A stretch of 63,575 nucleotides of DNA, counting the filler, from Vannella sp. (lineage: Eukaryota): assembly GCA_023345925.1 (NCBI GenBank). It is 6 parts of 6 records of this genome, joined end to end, with 100 filler letters (N's around TTAATTAATTAA, not from the genome) between each part and the next. Parts side by side here need not be neighbours in the genome. Positions count along the whole stretch, not along the records: positions 1 to 8,065 come from JAJQQN010001178.1; positions 8,166 to 21,800 come from JAJQQN010001425.1; 4 more parts are not named here. One strand, given 5' to 3'. Position 1 is the first letter of the stretch. Each line of letters opens with the position of its first letter. The notes under the pieces were generated by a model. That model had not been told where the DNA came from and made no database searches. It saw nothing but the letters and a program-made list of their open reading frames with translations. Of the stretch, positions 1 to 10,624 are shown one piece after another. A program made the position numbers and the translations under genes.

Positions 1-31
1 CTCGATTTGGGCGTTTATCTTCACATTCGAT

Positions 32-3000
32 TTACATTTGCATTTGGAATAGTTCTCGTTGGGCAGTGAACCCGTTAGTCATCACAATTGGTAACAGGCG
101 AGAGAGGAGGCTTGGACAAAATGGGGAAGCGAAGCGTTCCGTGAGGGTGTTGTACCCGTTGGCAAATGCTTGCTTCACTTTGTACAGCGCAAAAGTGCTT
201 GCAGCTACATTATTAGTGGGACAGAGTGGGTCTATGATAAGAAGTTGGACAGGTCCATAGTCAACAGCACAAGCTTCATCTCTGGCAAAAAAGCCGCTTT
301 TCCCAAAGTAAGTTAATTTACTCAGTTTACAGAGAGCGTTCGGCCACTTACTCAGGTTCACATAGCGAGATACCAACATATTCATAATCTAAAAGCTTCC
401 CGTATAGTTCGAAGAAGCCCAGAAGGAGAGTGCCTAGATTCTGGATGCCTGTTTTGTTGTAGAACTTCAGATAACTCGCTACCATCAGAACTAAACTGTA
501 AGAAGCCAAGCCCCCTGTGTAGGTGGAATTGAGGAGGACGTAGTAAAGGTATTGTTTGAGAATCAAGACGAGAGGTTCCAATGCGGGAAATTCTTTTTTG
601 AGCTCCATAATGTATCTGCATGTGGCGAGGCCAGTGTGTGAGCTTGTATGGTGGTCTAAGTCAGTTTGGGCGTAGGTATTAGACGTATTGGTGTTGCGAA
701 CATCAAAAGTTATGTCCACAGGGAGGTTCTCTGTGACCAACTTGATCACAGGAACCTTGGCAGTGTAGATAGGCTGCATATGCTCTACCCAAGCTTGACC
801 TTTTAACTCTCCAGCAAGCAAATGGACGGCAGAGCCTCCCCCATTGTCAGGAATGTTGACGACAAGGTCGAGGTCGCTTTCAGGGATAGCAAGCCCCGAT
901 GCAATAGAACCATACACTTTGATCTCTGCCGAAGACCAACATCGACCCACAAGGATGCGGATGCGTTGTTGGACCCGTTCTACCTGGCGAGCATGATTAC
1001 TTCGTACAACGGACTTCAAAAAAGAGGCGTAGGAAGATATTTCAGCATCCAATAGCCTTGCACATTCATGCTCTTCCTCGTGAGTATGAAGAGCGTGCAT
1101 TTTGGCCCGCTTTCGAGGCAATCGGTTCAATCGCGACCGTGCTAAGGGAGAAGGGGAGAGCGGTGATGCTTTCTCCACATGTGTGCTTCTTCTCGTATCA
1201 ACACCAGAGGCCATTGAAAGGGGAACGTTCGACTTCTTTCTCAAAGGAGCTCTGGATCTGGCGGAAGCACTTCGACTTCGACGCCCTCCTGAAGCTATTG
1301 TACCCCGCACAGGCTCGGGAGAAGAGAGATTGCGATCACTGACTCTCACATCGTCATAGTTGGCGTCGTTATCTGACATTGCGTGGTCCTCAGTTGAAGA
1401 GGGAAGAACATCTGCAATTGTCACAGGAAGAGGCCAAGGGGCTATGGGTTTGGAAGGCAAAATTTCCTGTTGAAGAGGCTTTTCGGTAATGATTAGGGTG
1501 ATAGGAGAAGAAGATAGCCTCTTCAGGACTGGCGTTGGTACAGAAGTTACTCGTTGAGTCCCTAACGGTGATGAAAGACTCCTTGATCGTAAATCCTTAC
1601 TCTCAACAACTTCTTCACTGTGAGAGCGAGTAATTCTCGTCAGAGGCCAACTCCCGCCCGCAGGAGCATCAAAGTCTGAACTACTTCCTCGAGAATGCAG
1701 AATTTGATTCGGCCGATTGGCAGCTGTGCGAGGTGAAACTGGAGCAGAGTTAGAAGACTGGTTGGTTGGTTTCTTTTTCCTCCTGCGTGGTAAAGGCACT
1801 TCCGACCAGGATAAGTCTCCATCCAGTGATAAATGGGGAAGATCGTCTGCCCGCCGGTCTTCTGGAGCTGACAGTGGTCGCTCACGAGACAACCCGGCAC
1901 TGCTGGGGGGACGGGAGGTGCTGCTCTTAGGCCAAAGTGCGAAAGTGCCACTGGGTTCATCTCCCTCTGAGAGTGGAGCAGGATCCCGCTTCTCTCGCTT
2001 GGTTTCTAGTTGGCGAAGTTCTCCACCGGACAGTGGGACTGAACTGCTCAATAACCTGGGATCTGAAAGGGGCATGTGGGTTGATGACGGCCTCTTTCGC
2101 GGTGCCACTGGCACTTCAATCACTGGTGACGCGGACATATTCCGCTTGACAGTAGCCTTCTTCTTCTTCCCACTGCCCTTCTTCTGTGCCACTGGCCGCT
2201 TCTTCTTCCTCGCTGCGGCCTCACCGAGGATGAGGTCCAGAAAGGTTTGGTCCGTATACGCCTTCTGGATGATGAAGCCCAGCCATCGTAGAACGTAGTT
2301 GATTGGCGTGCCTGCTGTGCGAAGGGGAGAGAAGTAGAGAACCTCAATGAAGGTACGTTCGTCCCAGTCACTCTTTGCGGTAAAGAGGAACTCGATCGAC
2401 TTCTTCTCGATGGAGAAGTTCATGAGCGCAGACAGTAGCCGGATGTCAGTGTGGAATGAGGTGTGCTGGGTTGGGTCTGAGCCTGCTCGCCGCTTCCGGA
2501 TGGGTGTGATCGGCCTTTTGATGGTTTCCGAGGAGCATGTCGCTCCCTCTTCACGCAGGGCTTTGCCAACGAGACTTCCTAGGTTTCCAATGATGCGTAG
2601 GCGTGCTAGAGGCTCCGTTCCCATCCAGAATTGCACTAGATGGGCCTTGGAGAGGAGGAGATGAGTGCTGGACGATGGAAACACGTAACGGCGGGGCCCT
2701 TCAACTCTTGGATCCTTCCTCGTTGCTTGCCAATAGCTCATCCACATGGCCTTCAGGCTAAAGGTCAGGATACACGCGTAGGACTCGATGAGGACCTCAC
2801 CTGTTCTAGTTTGTGGCATATGAAGGTGCCTAGCGAGTAGTAACCCATCCCTTTGAACCATGTTGGGACCTGCCATACCCATTGCTTCGACTTGAGCACG
2901 TACTCCACTGCATTCCCACCGAACACGTGAGGAACACCCCTGAACGGTGGAGTCTGACTCACCTCGACATGGAGTGGCCAAGAAAGAACCGCGAGAGGCT

Positions 3001-3458
3001 TTCTCCATCAGAAAGAGAAACCGTGAAGGGTCCTTGAGGAGCTGAGTGGCTAAACTCATCGTATCCAAGTACTCGCGGGTGTCGCACAAGCGGACCGCCT
3101 TCTCCAGCTCCCCATCGGGCCCTAAGAGGAACTCTGGATATTGGATACCCCTCGTCTCACCCAGTGAGCCGAGCTTGCGGAAGCAGAAGTCGTCCTTGTT
3201 GGTAAAGAGGTAACGGCTCTTGTTCAAGTCCGCTATGCCAGGAAACTGTTGTTCATCGAGGAGCTCTTCAAAGCCATCATCCACTGCGAAGAACAGCCCA
3301 TTGCCCTCACTCTGCGTCCGGTTGTGCATCTTCAGAATGAGCTGCACCGTTGACTTGTCCTCGATACAAAGGACCCGCGCCTTCTCGTCCAAGTCCAACG
3401 TGAGGAACCACTGCCACAAGCGTGATTTGTTGCTTCGATTCACCCTGAGCGCTGACAT
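32..3458 (-). CDS. Non-canonical poly(A) polymerase, TRF4/PAPD5-7 (TENT4)-like, multi-exon, with a long N-terminal extension
   Basis: Nucleotidyltransferase motif VYGSIASGLAIPESDLDLVV, then AKVPVIKL..VDITF and YTGGLASYSLVLMV. The last exon (32..385 frame) carries the PAP-associated motif LLIIDPLCPTNNVAASTF. First ATG after an in-frame stop is at 3458. Confidence 0.85.
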
Positions 3459-3898
3459 GCCAACTGCTGAGGGAGCCCACACACCAACAGCCAGCAGCCC
3501 TCACGAAAAGTGTCCTTTGAAGAGCCTGTCAAATACCGTCTCCCAGATCACCCCATTAGACACGAAATCATCGCTTGTAAGACCATTTGGAATGAAGAAT
3601 CTCGATAATCACTCAAAGTCATGCAATGTTGGGCTTCCACACCCAAAGCATCGCTCTGGAGTCTTTAGAAGCTACACTATCTTCCAAACATCACACAAAG
3701 AGGTTCAACGACTCGGTCAAGGAGCTCACACTCTCTGGTGCGGGCTGGAGGAAGAAAAGTTACGTGGCTTGATCGTGGGTGAACAACAGTGGGTCATGGA
3801 CGCAGCAGACTCTCTCTGACGGGTGGCAAAGCGAATCAAATCCTCTTTAGCGGCCCAAAGCCCTCCAGTCACTCAAAGCAAGTCTCCTTGTGAGGCAT

Positions 3899-4441
3899 TT
3901 AGTTGAAGTTCACCCCGTGGCATTGCATTGCCAAGCGCAACTGACCAAGTCGGTTATCCTCTCGTACTTTGACGAGGATGGTGCCCAACTTGTTCTGTCC
4001 TTGGCCACCCTTCCCAGCGCCCCAGTAGGAGTCTAGAGAGGTGTGACGAAGGTCCTGTTATGATCTGCTTGCCTTACCAGTAGAACTGACGTAGACAACC
4101 TCTGCTTGGTCCGTGGAAAGGAGCACATCCTTGAGGTCGGCATGTTGAGCGAACTTGGCCTCCACTCCCCGCTGCATCACGGCGTCTTTGATCTCCTCCC
4201 AGTTGCCAACCATCTCCTCCACCTTCTCCTCCGCCAGTTTCTTCGCCTGCAAGCCTGAACGAGACTTGCGCACTTGCTCTTGAAGAGCTGGCTTTCCTGC
4301 GAACTTCTGCGCTTGGAAGTAGTGCTCCACTGTCGGGTATGGATACCCCTGGATGAAGGTCTCTCGTACAAAGTAGTTCGAGAGGCAAGACCAAGGCCCT
4401 TTCGTCTTCAAGTCCTTGTTACTGAACTCCACGCGGTCCAT
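3899..4441 (-). CDS. NADAR/YbiA-family protein, 2 exons
   Basis: LSNYF..YPTVEHYFQAQKF..W..IK..VM...V.AKFAQHADLK.VLLST. After a short intron (~4036-4077) it continues DSYWGAGKGGQGQNKLGTILVKVRE, the typical NADAR C-terminus. Confidence 0.9.
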
Positions 4442-4545
4442 CTCCTCCCTCCTGGCCAACCAATGACTCCTTTGGCCTCCAGAATCGCGCAAGAAATACC
4501 CTGAACGCCTCAAACTCCCAACAGCAGCACCAGAGCGCCATTTGC

Positions 4546-7100
4546 ATGTGGAACCGGGTCTGGGCTGGACCTTCGGCAGTGTCCTCGAGCCTCCTGCGCG
4601 CGGTAGCGCCTCTGGGCTCGCGTCATTGGTTCAGCACATCCCGTCAGAATCATGTGAGTGTGTGTTGTGTTCTCGTGGGGGCTGGCTGATAGTGCGGCAG
4701 TTTGAGAAGATTCTTGTCGCCAATCGGGGGGAGATCGCTTGTCGAGTGATGCGCACGTGCAGAGAGATGGGGATCAAGTCCGTTGCTATCTTTTCAGAGG
4801 TTGATCGTCATGCTCTGCACGTCCGCACAGCGGATGAAGCTGTTTGCGTGGTCTGTCCTCTCCATCGCCGTTTGCACCTCTTTTTGACTGATGCTTGTGA
4901 TTAGGGCCGTGCTCCCTCGATAGAGAGCTATCTCTCTATCCCTAACATCATCCAAGCAGCTCAAATCACAGGCGCTGAGGCCATCCACCCCGGCTACGGC
5001 TTCCTTTCGGAGAACAGCAGCTTTGTTGAAGCTCTGCAAGGGGCTGGGATCACCTTTATCGGTCCTCCTCTGGGTGCTATCCAAGGTAGAGTCCAGCATA
5101 GTAGTTGCCTTGCCCTCTAACAGGAACGGGAAGCAATGGGGGACAAGATCCAATCCAAACGGATCGCCCAGGAAGCTAACGTGAACACGATCCCCGGATT
5201 CCACGGAGAGATCGAAGGAGAAGAGCATCTCCTCCAGATCTCTAGCAGCATTGGCTACCCCGTGATGATCAAAGCCTCTGCTGGTGGTGGTGGGAAGGGC
5301 ATGCGAGTGGCTCATAACGAGAAACAAGCTGTAGAGGGGTACTATGCAGCGAAGAGTGAGGCACAGTCCTCATTTGGTGACGACCGCATCCTCGTAGAGA
5401 AGTTCATCGAGAATCCCCGCCACATCGAGATTCAAGTCCTCTGCGATGAGCACGGCAATGCCGTGTATCTCAACGAAAGGGAGTGCTCCATCCAAAGACG
5501 CAACCAAAAGATCGTCGAGGAATCGCCCAGTCCTGCCCTGACTCCGCGACTCCGCCGGGAGATGGGGAAACAGGCCTTAGACCTGGCCAAGGCGGTCCAT
5601 TACACCTCAGCTGGCACAGTTGAGTTCCTTTTGAACGACAGAGTGCAACCAGCAGAGTTCTACTTCCTCGAAATGAACACGAGACTGCAAGTGGAGCATC
5701 CAGTGACGGAGTTGACTACGGATGTCGATCTTGTTCATCAGATGATCCGCATTGCCTCTCATGAGCCTCTTGAGATCACTCAAGATGACATTACTGTGGG
5801 GGTATGCTATTCGTTACTCCGTTAGTCACTCGGACTTATTCTATTTGAAGGGTCGCTGGGCTATCGAGTGCCGAGTCTATGCAGAAGATCCATCTAGGGA
5901 TTACCTACCTTCTGTTAGTAGCCATACTCTTATGCGCCTGTCATCGCTGATTAGAGTAGACAGGAAAGATCTCGTGCTACGAAGAGCCAAGTGTCCTGGA
6001 AGGCAATGTCCGGATTGACACTGGAATCGCTGAAGGCTCTGAGATTAGCATGTATTATGATCCAATGAGTGAGGGGGTTCTGGTTTATGAGCTTCCACTG
6101 ACAATGCTTATCCAGTGCTCAAGTTAATCACAGTAAAGGAGGACCGGCTCCAAGCTATTGATGCCATGAAGAATGCTTTGGACACTTTCCGGATAGAAGG
6201 AGTCAAACACAACATGGGACTACTCCGCTCTATCATGAACAACACGCGCTTTATGACAGGAGATTTGAGCACCAATTTCCTGCCAGAGGAGGTAAGTCCC
6301 CCAAACTCGACCTGGCATTGTCTCACTCGTTGTAGTTCGCAAATGGGTTCAATCCGTTGCTAGAGCAGCAAGATTTAAAGAACATTCTTTGTATTGCGAC
6401 ACTCTTATCCTACGAGGATGCTTCTCGCCGGCATGTAGGAGACCAGGCGCTTGAGACTTTCCCTTTCCAACCAGCCGACCACCTGATTCTCAATTTCCAA
6501 GGGAAAGAGTACAAGGCAAAGCTAAACGCAAGGTACGACTAGACAAGATTGAGCTCAATCAGGTATTCTGACGTACTTAGCGAAAACTTGGTGAATTTGA
6601 GCGGAGAAGACATGGATTTGGTCAATTTAGAAGTGAACTATCGCTGGGCAGCTGGAAGAACTCGAGTAGAGACGATGATTGAACAGGATTCTACAACAGC
6701 ACATATCATTCGGCGGGAGTACGACGGATACACCCTCCAGTTTCTAGGTGGCGAGGTTTGTTACCAGAAGAAGCCTTTGTACCACGAGTTACTCACCTTT
6801 TGCCAGCACAAAGTTGAAGTAAGAACCCCTTTGGAGCACAAACTGCACAAGGTTATGCCACGATTGGTTCCAGAAGAGAATTCGAACCAAATCATCTCGC
6901 CAATGCCTGGTAAACTCACCGCAATCCATATCAAGGAGGGAGACCGAGTGGAGATCGGCCAGCACCTATTCACTTTAGAAGCTATGAAAATGCAGAACAT
7001 GATTTCCGCCCAACGACAGGGAATCGTCAGCTCCATTCACTCCACCACCGGCCAAGAAGTTTCCGTTGACCAACTCGTGCTCACTATGAAGTACGACTGA
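4546..7100 (+). CDS. PCCA: Propionyl-CoA carboxylase alpha subunit (biotin carboxylase plus biotinyl domain), mitochondrial, multi-exon
   Basis: Transit-peptide-like [33 protein letters not shown], then [36 protein letters not shown] (PCCA-like), [16 protein letters not shown] and the biotin motif EAMKM. Several ~45-nt introns. Confidence 0.88.
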
Positions 7101-7247
7101 GAACCCTCACCCATCCCATTAATAATTGTATTAAATCGGTTGCCAGTTTATTGAATGAATCAACAAAACACTCCAAAGCAGAGGACCCTTCCTGTTCCGT
7201 TTGGGACTAAAGCGGAGAGGCGCACCAAGCCTGATCGCAGAGAGAAG

Positions 7248-7290
7248 GGAGAAGAAGGAGGGAGAAGAAGGAGGGAGAAGAAGGAGGGAG
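7248..7290 (+). repeat. 13-bp purine-rich tandem repeat (GGAGAAGAAGGAG) x~3
   Basis: Directly visible just downstream of the stop of the 7296..7799 gene. Confidence 0.8.
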
Positions 7291-7295
7291 ATGGC

Positions 7296-7799
7296 CTATG
7301 AGTTTATCTGTTGGAAAGAGATATAGGGGCCCCAATCGGGGAGGCTCCGGGGAAGAACTGGGGGTGACGGAGGAGCCAACGGAAGAGTAACAGCAAGCGG
7401 GGGCTCTTGTAATGGAAACATTTCCTTGCCTCTAACGCACCACGTAACTGTGTAGGGCTCGAGATTAGAAGGTGAACGTAAGAAGAGGAAGATCCAAAGT
7501 TTGAGACGGGGAATAGCCTCTTTCTGGTGCGGCCGGTTGCGAGAGTGTAGTTTGGTCACCTTGACTTCGCTACCATCATCCAACTGCAAGGTCTTGCAGC
7601 TGTGGCTTTGACACCAGATCCAGGAGGTCCTATCGTCTGGAATCTGAGAGACTCGAAGGGAGCCTGGAAAACCCCAGAACGAATCGTGGCGGTAAACTGG
7701 AAGGTGAGGGAGATCAGCGATAGCTTCAAGAGGAACACCCTGTTCTGATACTGACTTAAGCACCTTCAGCAGCTTCCGGTACTCTGGGCGCAGGGACAT
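7296..7799 (-). CDS. Divergent member of the uncharacterised small protein family (paralogs at 50732, 51629, 54276)
   Basis: Shares RVSQIP...W.WCQ, VTKL..R, PRLKLW..F and TV.WC.RG with the three paralogs. Confidence 0.7.
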   Translation of the reverse strand: MSLRPEYRKLLKVLKSVSEQGVPLEAIADLPHLPVYRHDSFWGFPGSLRVSQIPDDRTSWIWCQSHSCKTLQLDDGSEVKVTKLHSRNRPHQKEAIPRLKLWIFLFLRSPSNLEPYTVTWCVRGKEMFPLQEPPLAVTLPLAPPSPPVLPRSLPDWGPYISFQQINS

Positions 7800-8065
7800 G
7801 GCAAAGAATGGTCCGGCGAATGGCGCAGCTGCAATATGCAATAATCATGAAAAAATTGTCCATCTTCCGATAAAGGTCCTAATATGGAGGCGCCCATTCC
7901 ATTCCGCGTCGGGCTCTTTTGCCTTTTTGACTCAATCAAATAGCTTTCATATTTCATCATTTCGATTTGCTTTATTTGATTGCCATGTTGATTGTCAAAA
8001 GGAACGCTTTCCTGTCATTGACCGGCAAGAGTTGACAAGGCACTTCACTCTTCCTGATGAACACG

Positions 8066-8165
8066 NNNNNNNNNNNNNNNNNNNNNNNNNNNNNNNNNNN
8101 NNNNNNNNNTTAATTAATTAANNNNNNNNNNNNNNNNNNNNNNNNNNNNNNNNNNNNNNNNNNNN
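8066..8165. other. Artificial contig spacer (44 N, TTAATTAATTAA, 44 N)
   Basis: The identical 100-bp spacer with six-frame stops occurs five times. Confidence 0.98.
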
Positions 8166-8198
8166 TTATTTGTCTTACAGAAAATAGGGTTCACTTCA

Positions 8199-9900
8199 AA
8201 GTGCACCCAAAATCACTCAGGGTACTAACAAGTGCACCCAAAATCTAGCACCTGTAAACCCTAACCATGACCAGGCACCAGAACAACCCCGAATTTTTCA
8301 GCGAATGGGGTCAACTTGCAAATATTTATTTCATTATCTGATACCTTATAAGAGCTTTTGATAGAATCTCATGAACCGATCAAGGACAGTGAGAAGGACC
8401 GGTTCCCGAATTCATCAGACAAGACAGAACTGCAATTGATTAGTCACCAGCGCATCTCATGGCGGGATTTATCTTCATGAGTTCAGACTCACTTTTATGT
8501 TAAGAACTTTTAGAAGACTTTTGATTCTGATCTAACGCCGTGGGTGGACCAAACATCGTTAGAGTTCGCAAAAATCAATAAAGGCAGCATCCTCATCCCG
8601 CTGTCGGAACAAACTGCATTATAATTTATTCGCCTGTATTTTTTCTCGCTATTCTAGGCTATTAATGAAATGGCGAAGACTCTGATGGGGAACGGACCTC
8701 GAATTTGGCAGTTTCAGACAGAAATCGATCTGGTGGAACGTCAGCGCATCTAAATTTTTGATGATTCTTTTATTGTTTAGACTCAATTATAAGTGAATTA
8801 AGATTTGATGGATTTTGGTGCCGTTCCAACATCATAGGAAGGACCAGGCACCAAACAAAACTCGGTGAAATTCTCCGGAGTCTCTCACTCTGTTTCCACA
8901 TCTCGCTTTCGAGTCAAATTGCAAAGTTTCTATTTCATAGGTGTGCATTGCATCTTTTGAAGCTATTTATGAACCGGTCCAAGATGCTGGAAAGGAACAG
9001 ACACCGAATTCAGTTTAATCTGGTTTGGAGATCTGATTTGTCTTCAGCGCACCTCGAGGCCGGACATTTTTTTCCGAAATCAGATACACTTATAAGTTGA
9101 GTATAATTTTGATGTATTTTGGTATCGGTCTGAGCTCATATGATGGATCAGACGTCAAATCAAACTCAGGTTTCCTTGCGGATGATTCGCTGGATCACCC
9201 ACAGCATCTGACCATCGGGTTCCTGTGAACATCCCGATAACTTAAACATTTCAAGTCAGCACGTGAAGCTATTTAGTGAATATTCAAAGGCTCTGAGGCC
9301 GATCTGGCCTGAAATTCCTATCAAAAAAGTGATGGTGAGGTCCTAAGCGCATCTCAGGACTTGATCGCTCTTTTTTCTTTATGACTCTTCTGTATGTCAA
9401 GCATTACTTGATGAAGTTTGGTACCGGTCCAAGGTCATTAAGAGGTGCAGGCACCAGACCAAACCCCGCTTACTTATACAACTGTTAGAGAAAGGTCATT
9501 GAAATCATTTCATCGGGTCAAAAAGCCCATTGATTATTCTTTAAATTATCTGATACTCATAATGGAATGGAATTCTAAACATGTGAAAGACCATAAGGTT
9601 GAAATAGTCTAAACATTTGTTGAGACATCAGCGCATCTCGGGGCTGGATGATTCTTTTTACTTTCAGACTCATTATTTGGTTAATTCTCATTTGATGGAT
9701 TTTTAAACCGGCCCGATTTCATTTGGATGACCAGGCACCAAATGAGACTGAGCGGACTTCGCAATAATTCGCAAAGTAAGTCGGCGCATGTAAGGGCTGG
9801 ATATTTCTTTTGATACTCAGCTTCATTCGTATATCAAGCATCACTTGACGAATTACGGGATCTGCCCGAGCTTAGCAGGTGGACCAGGCACCAAAAAAAG
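8199..9900. repeat. Degenerate tandem array, ~295-bp units built from ~150-bp sub-units with internal hairpins
   Basis: GCGCA(T/C)(C/G)T anchors at 8450, 8744, 9047, 9347, 9631 and 9784 (spacings 294, 303, 300, 284, 153). GACCAGGCACCA-type anchors sit ~100 bp downstream of each. No ORF of 60 aa or more in the track. Confidence 0.85.
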
Positions 9901-10237
9901 TCGGTCACATGGCAGAAAATTTGCCTGGTCAGTCTCTGCCTTTCTCAGAGTCTTCCGTGTCAGAAGAGTGCGCTAAACCTTAATTCGTATACAATTGTAT
10001 ACATGGTTATGTTTGAGAGATACTGGTTGTAGTGTAGGTAAAGGTATTCGAACCTGCATGTCCTGACCGGAGGCAGAGCATGAGGCAGAACGTACCAGCA
10101 CTTCTTTCAGTACTCCTACTTTAAAGGCTAAGCCGATAAGAGGAAGGAGCCCTTCTGACCATTCAACCAAACCGCAGAGCCAGACCGCACGGAGAGAGGT
10201 GCGATCCGCGGAAGGCGAAAAGAAAAAAGGATCTCAT

Positions 10238-10475
10238 CTCAAACACCCAAAAGGTGAAAAATCAAATTAGTCCAAAAGCTTATCCTGAAGAGATGGAGGT
10301 CATCAGGGCAAGCTGCGCAAATACGAGTTCTTCCCTGAGAGAAGTCACGAGTGGCGAGGGCATTTCCCCTTGTTTGGGTCCTCAAACACCCAAAAAGTAA
10401 AAAAATGAAATCAGTCCAAAAGCTTATCTTGAAGAGATGGAGGTCATCAGGGCAAGCTACACAAACACGAGTTCT
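10238..10475 (+). repeat. Direct duplication of a ~95-bp block (period ~143 bp) upstream of the GH92 gene
   Basis: CTCAAACACCCAAAA...AGTCCAAAAGCTTATC.TGAAGAGATGGAGGTCATCAGGGCAAGCT...ACGAGTTCT occurs at ~10238 and ~10381. Confidence 0.9.
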
Positions 10476-10624
10476 GCCACCCTGTTCCCCTCCACACGTG
10501 GATTTTCTCCCTGTTCCCCTTCACTCGGGGATTTTCTCTGGTAAGGGGGCATTAAAAAAAAAACTGCTTTGGATAAGCATTAATCTGGACAAGTTTGTTC
10601 ATTCTCTCACCGCACCTGAAGTCC

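Noticed and set aside
8066..8165. TTAATTAATTAA motif recurring five times inside N runs
   Set aside because: Identical 100-bp construct with stops in all six frames. It is an artificial contig joiner, and the ORFs ending in ...XXXLIN are artefacts.
8199..9900. CRISPR array or integron attC cassette array
   Set aside because: The repeats are long and degenerate, and the intervening sequences are homologous to each other rather than unique spacers. No cas, integrase or cassette ORFs, and the context is eukaryotic.
8448..9900. Protein-coding repeat read with an alternative genetic code
   Set aside because: Trial translation of aligned units gives all three stop codons and frame-breaking indels. 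Neighbouring genes use TAA, TAG and TGA as normal stops.
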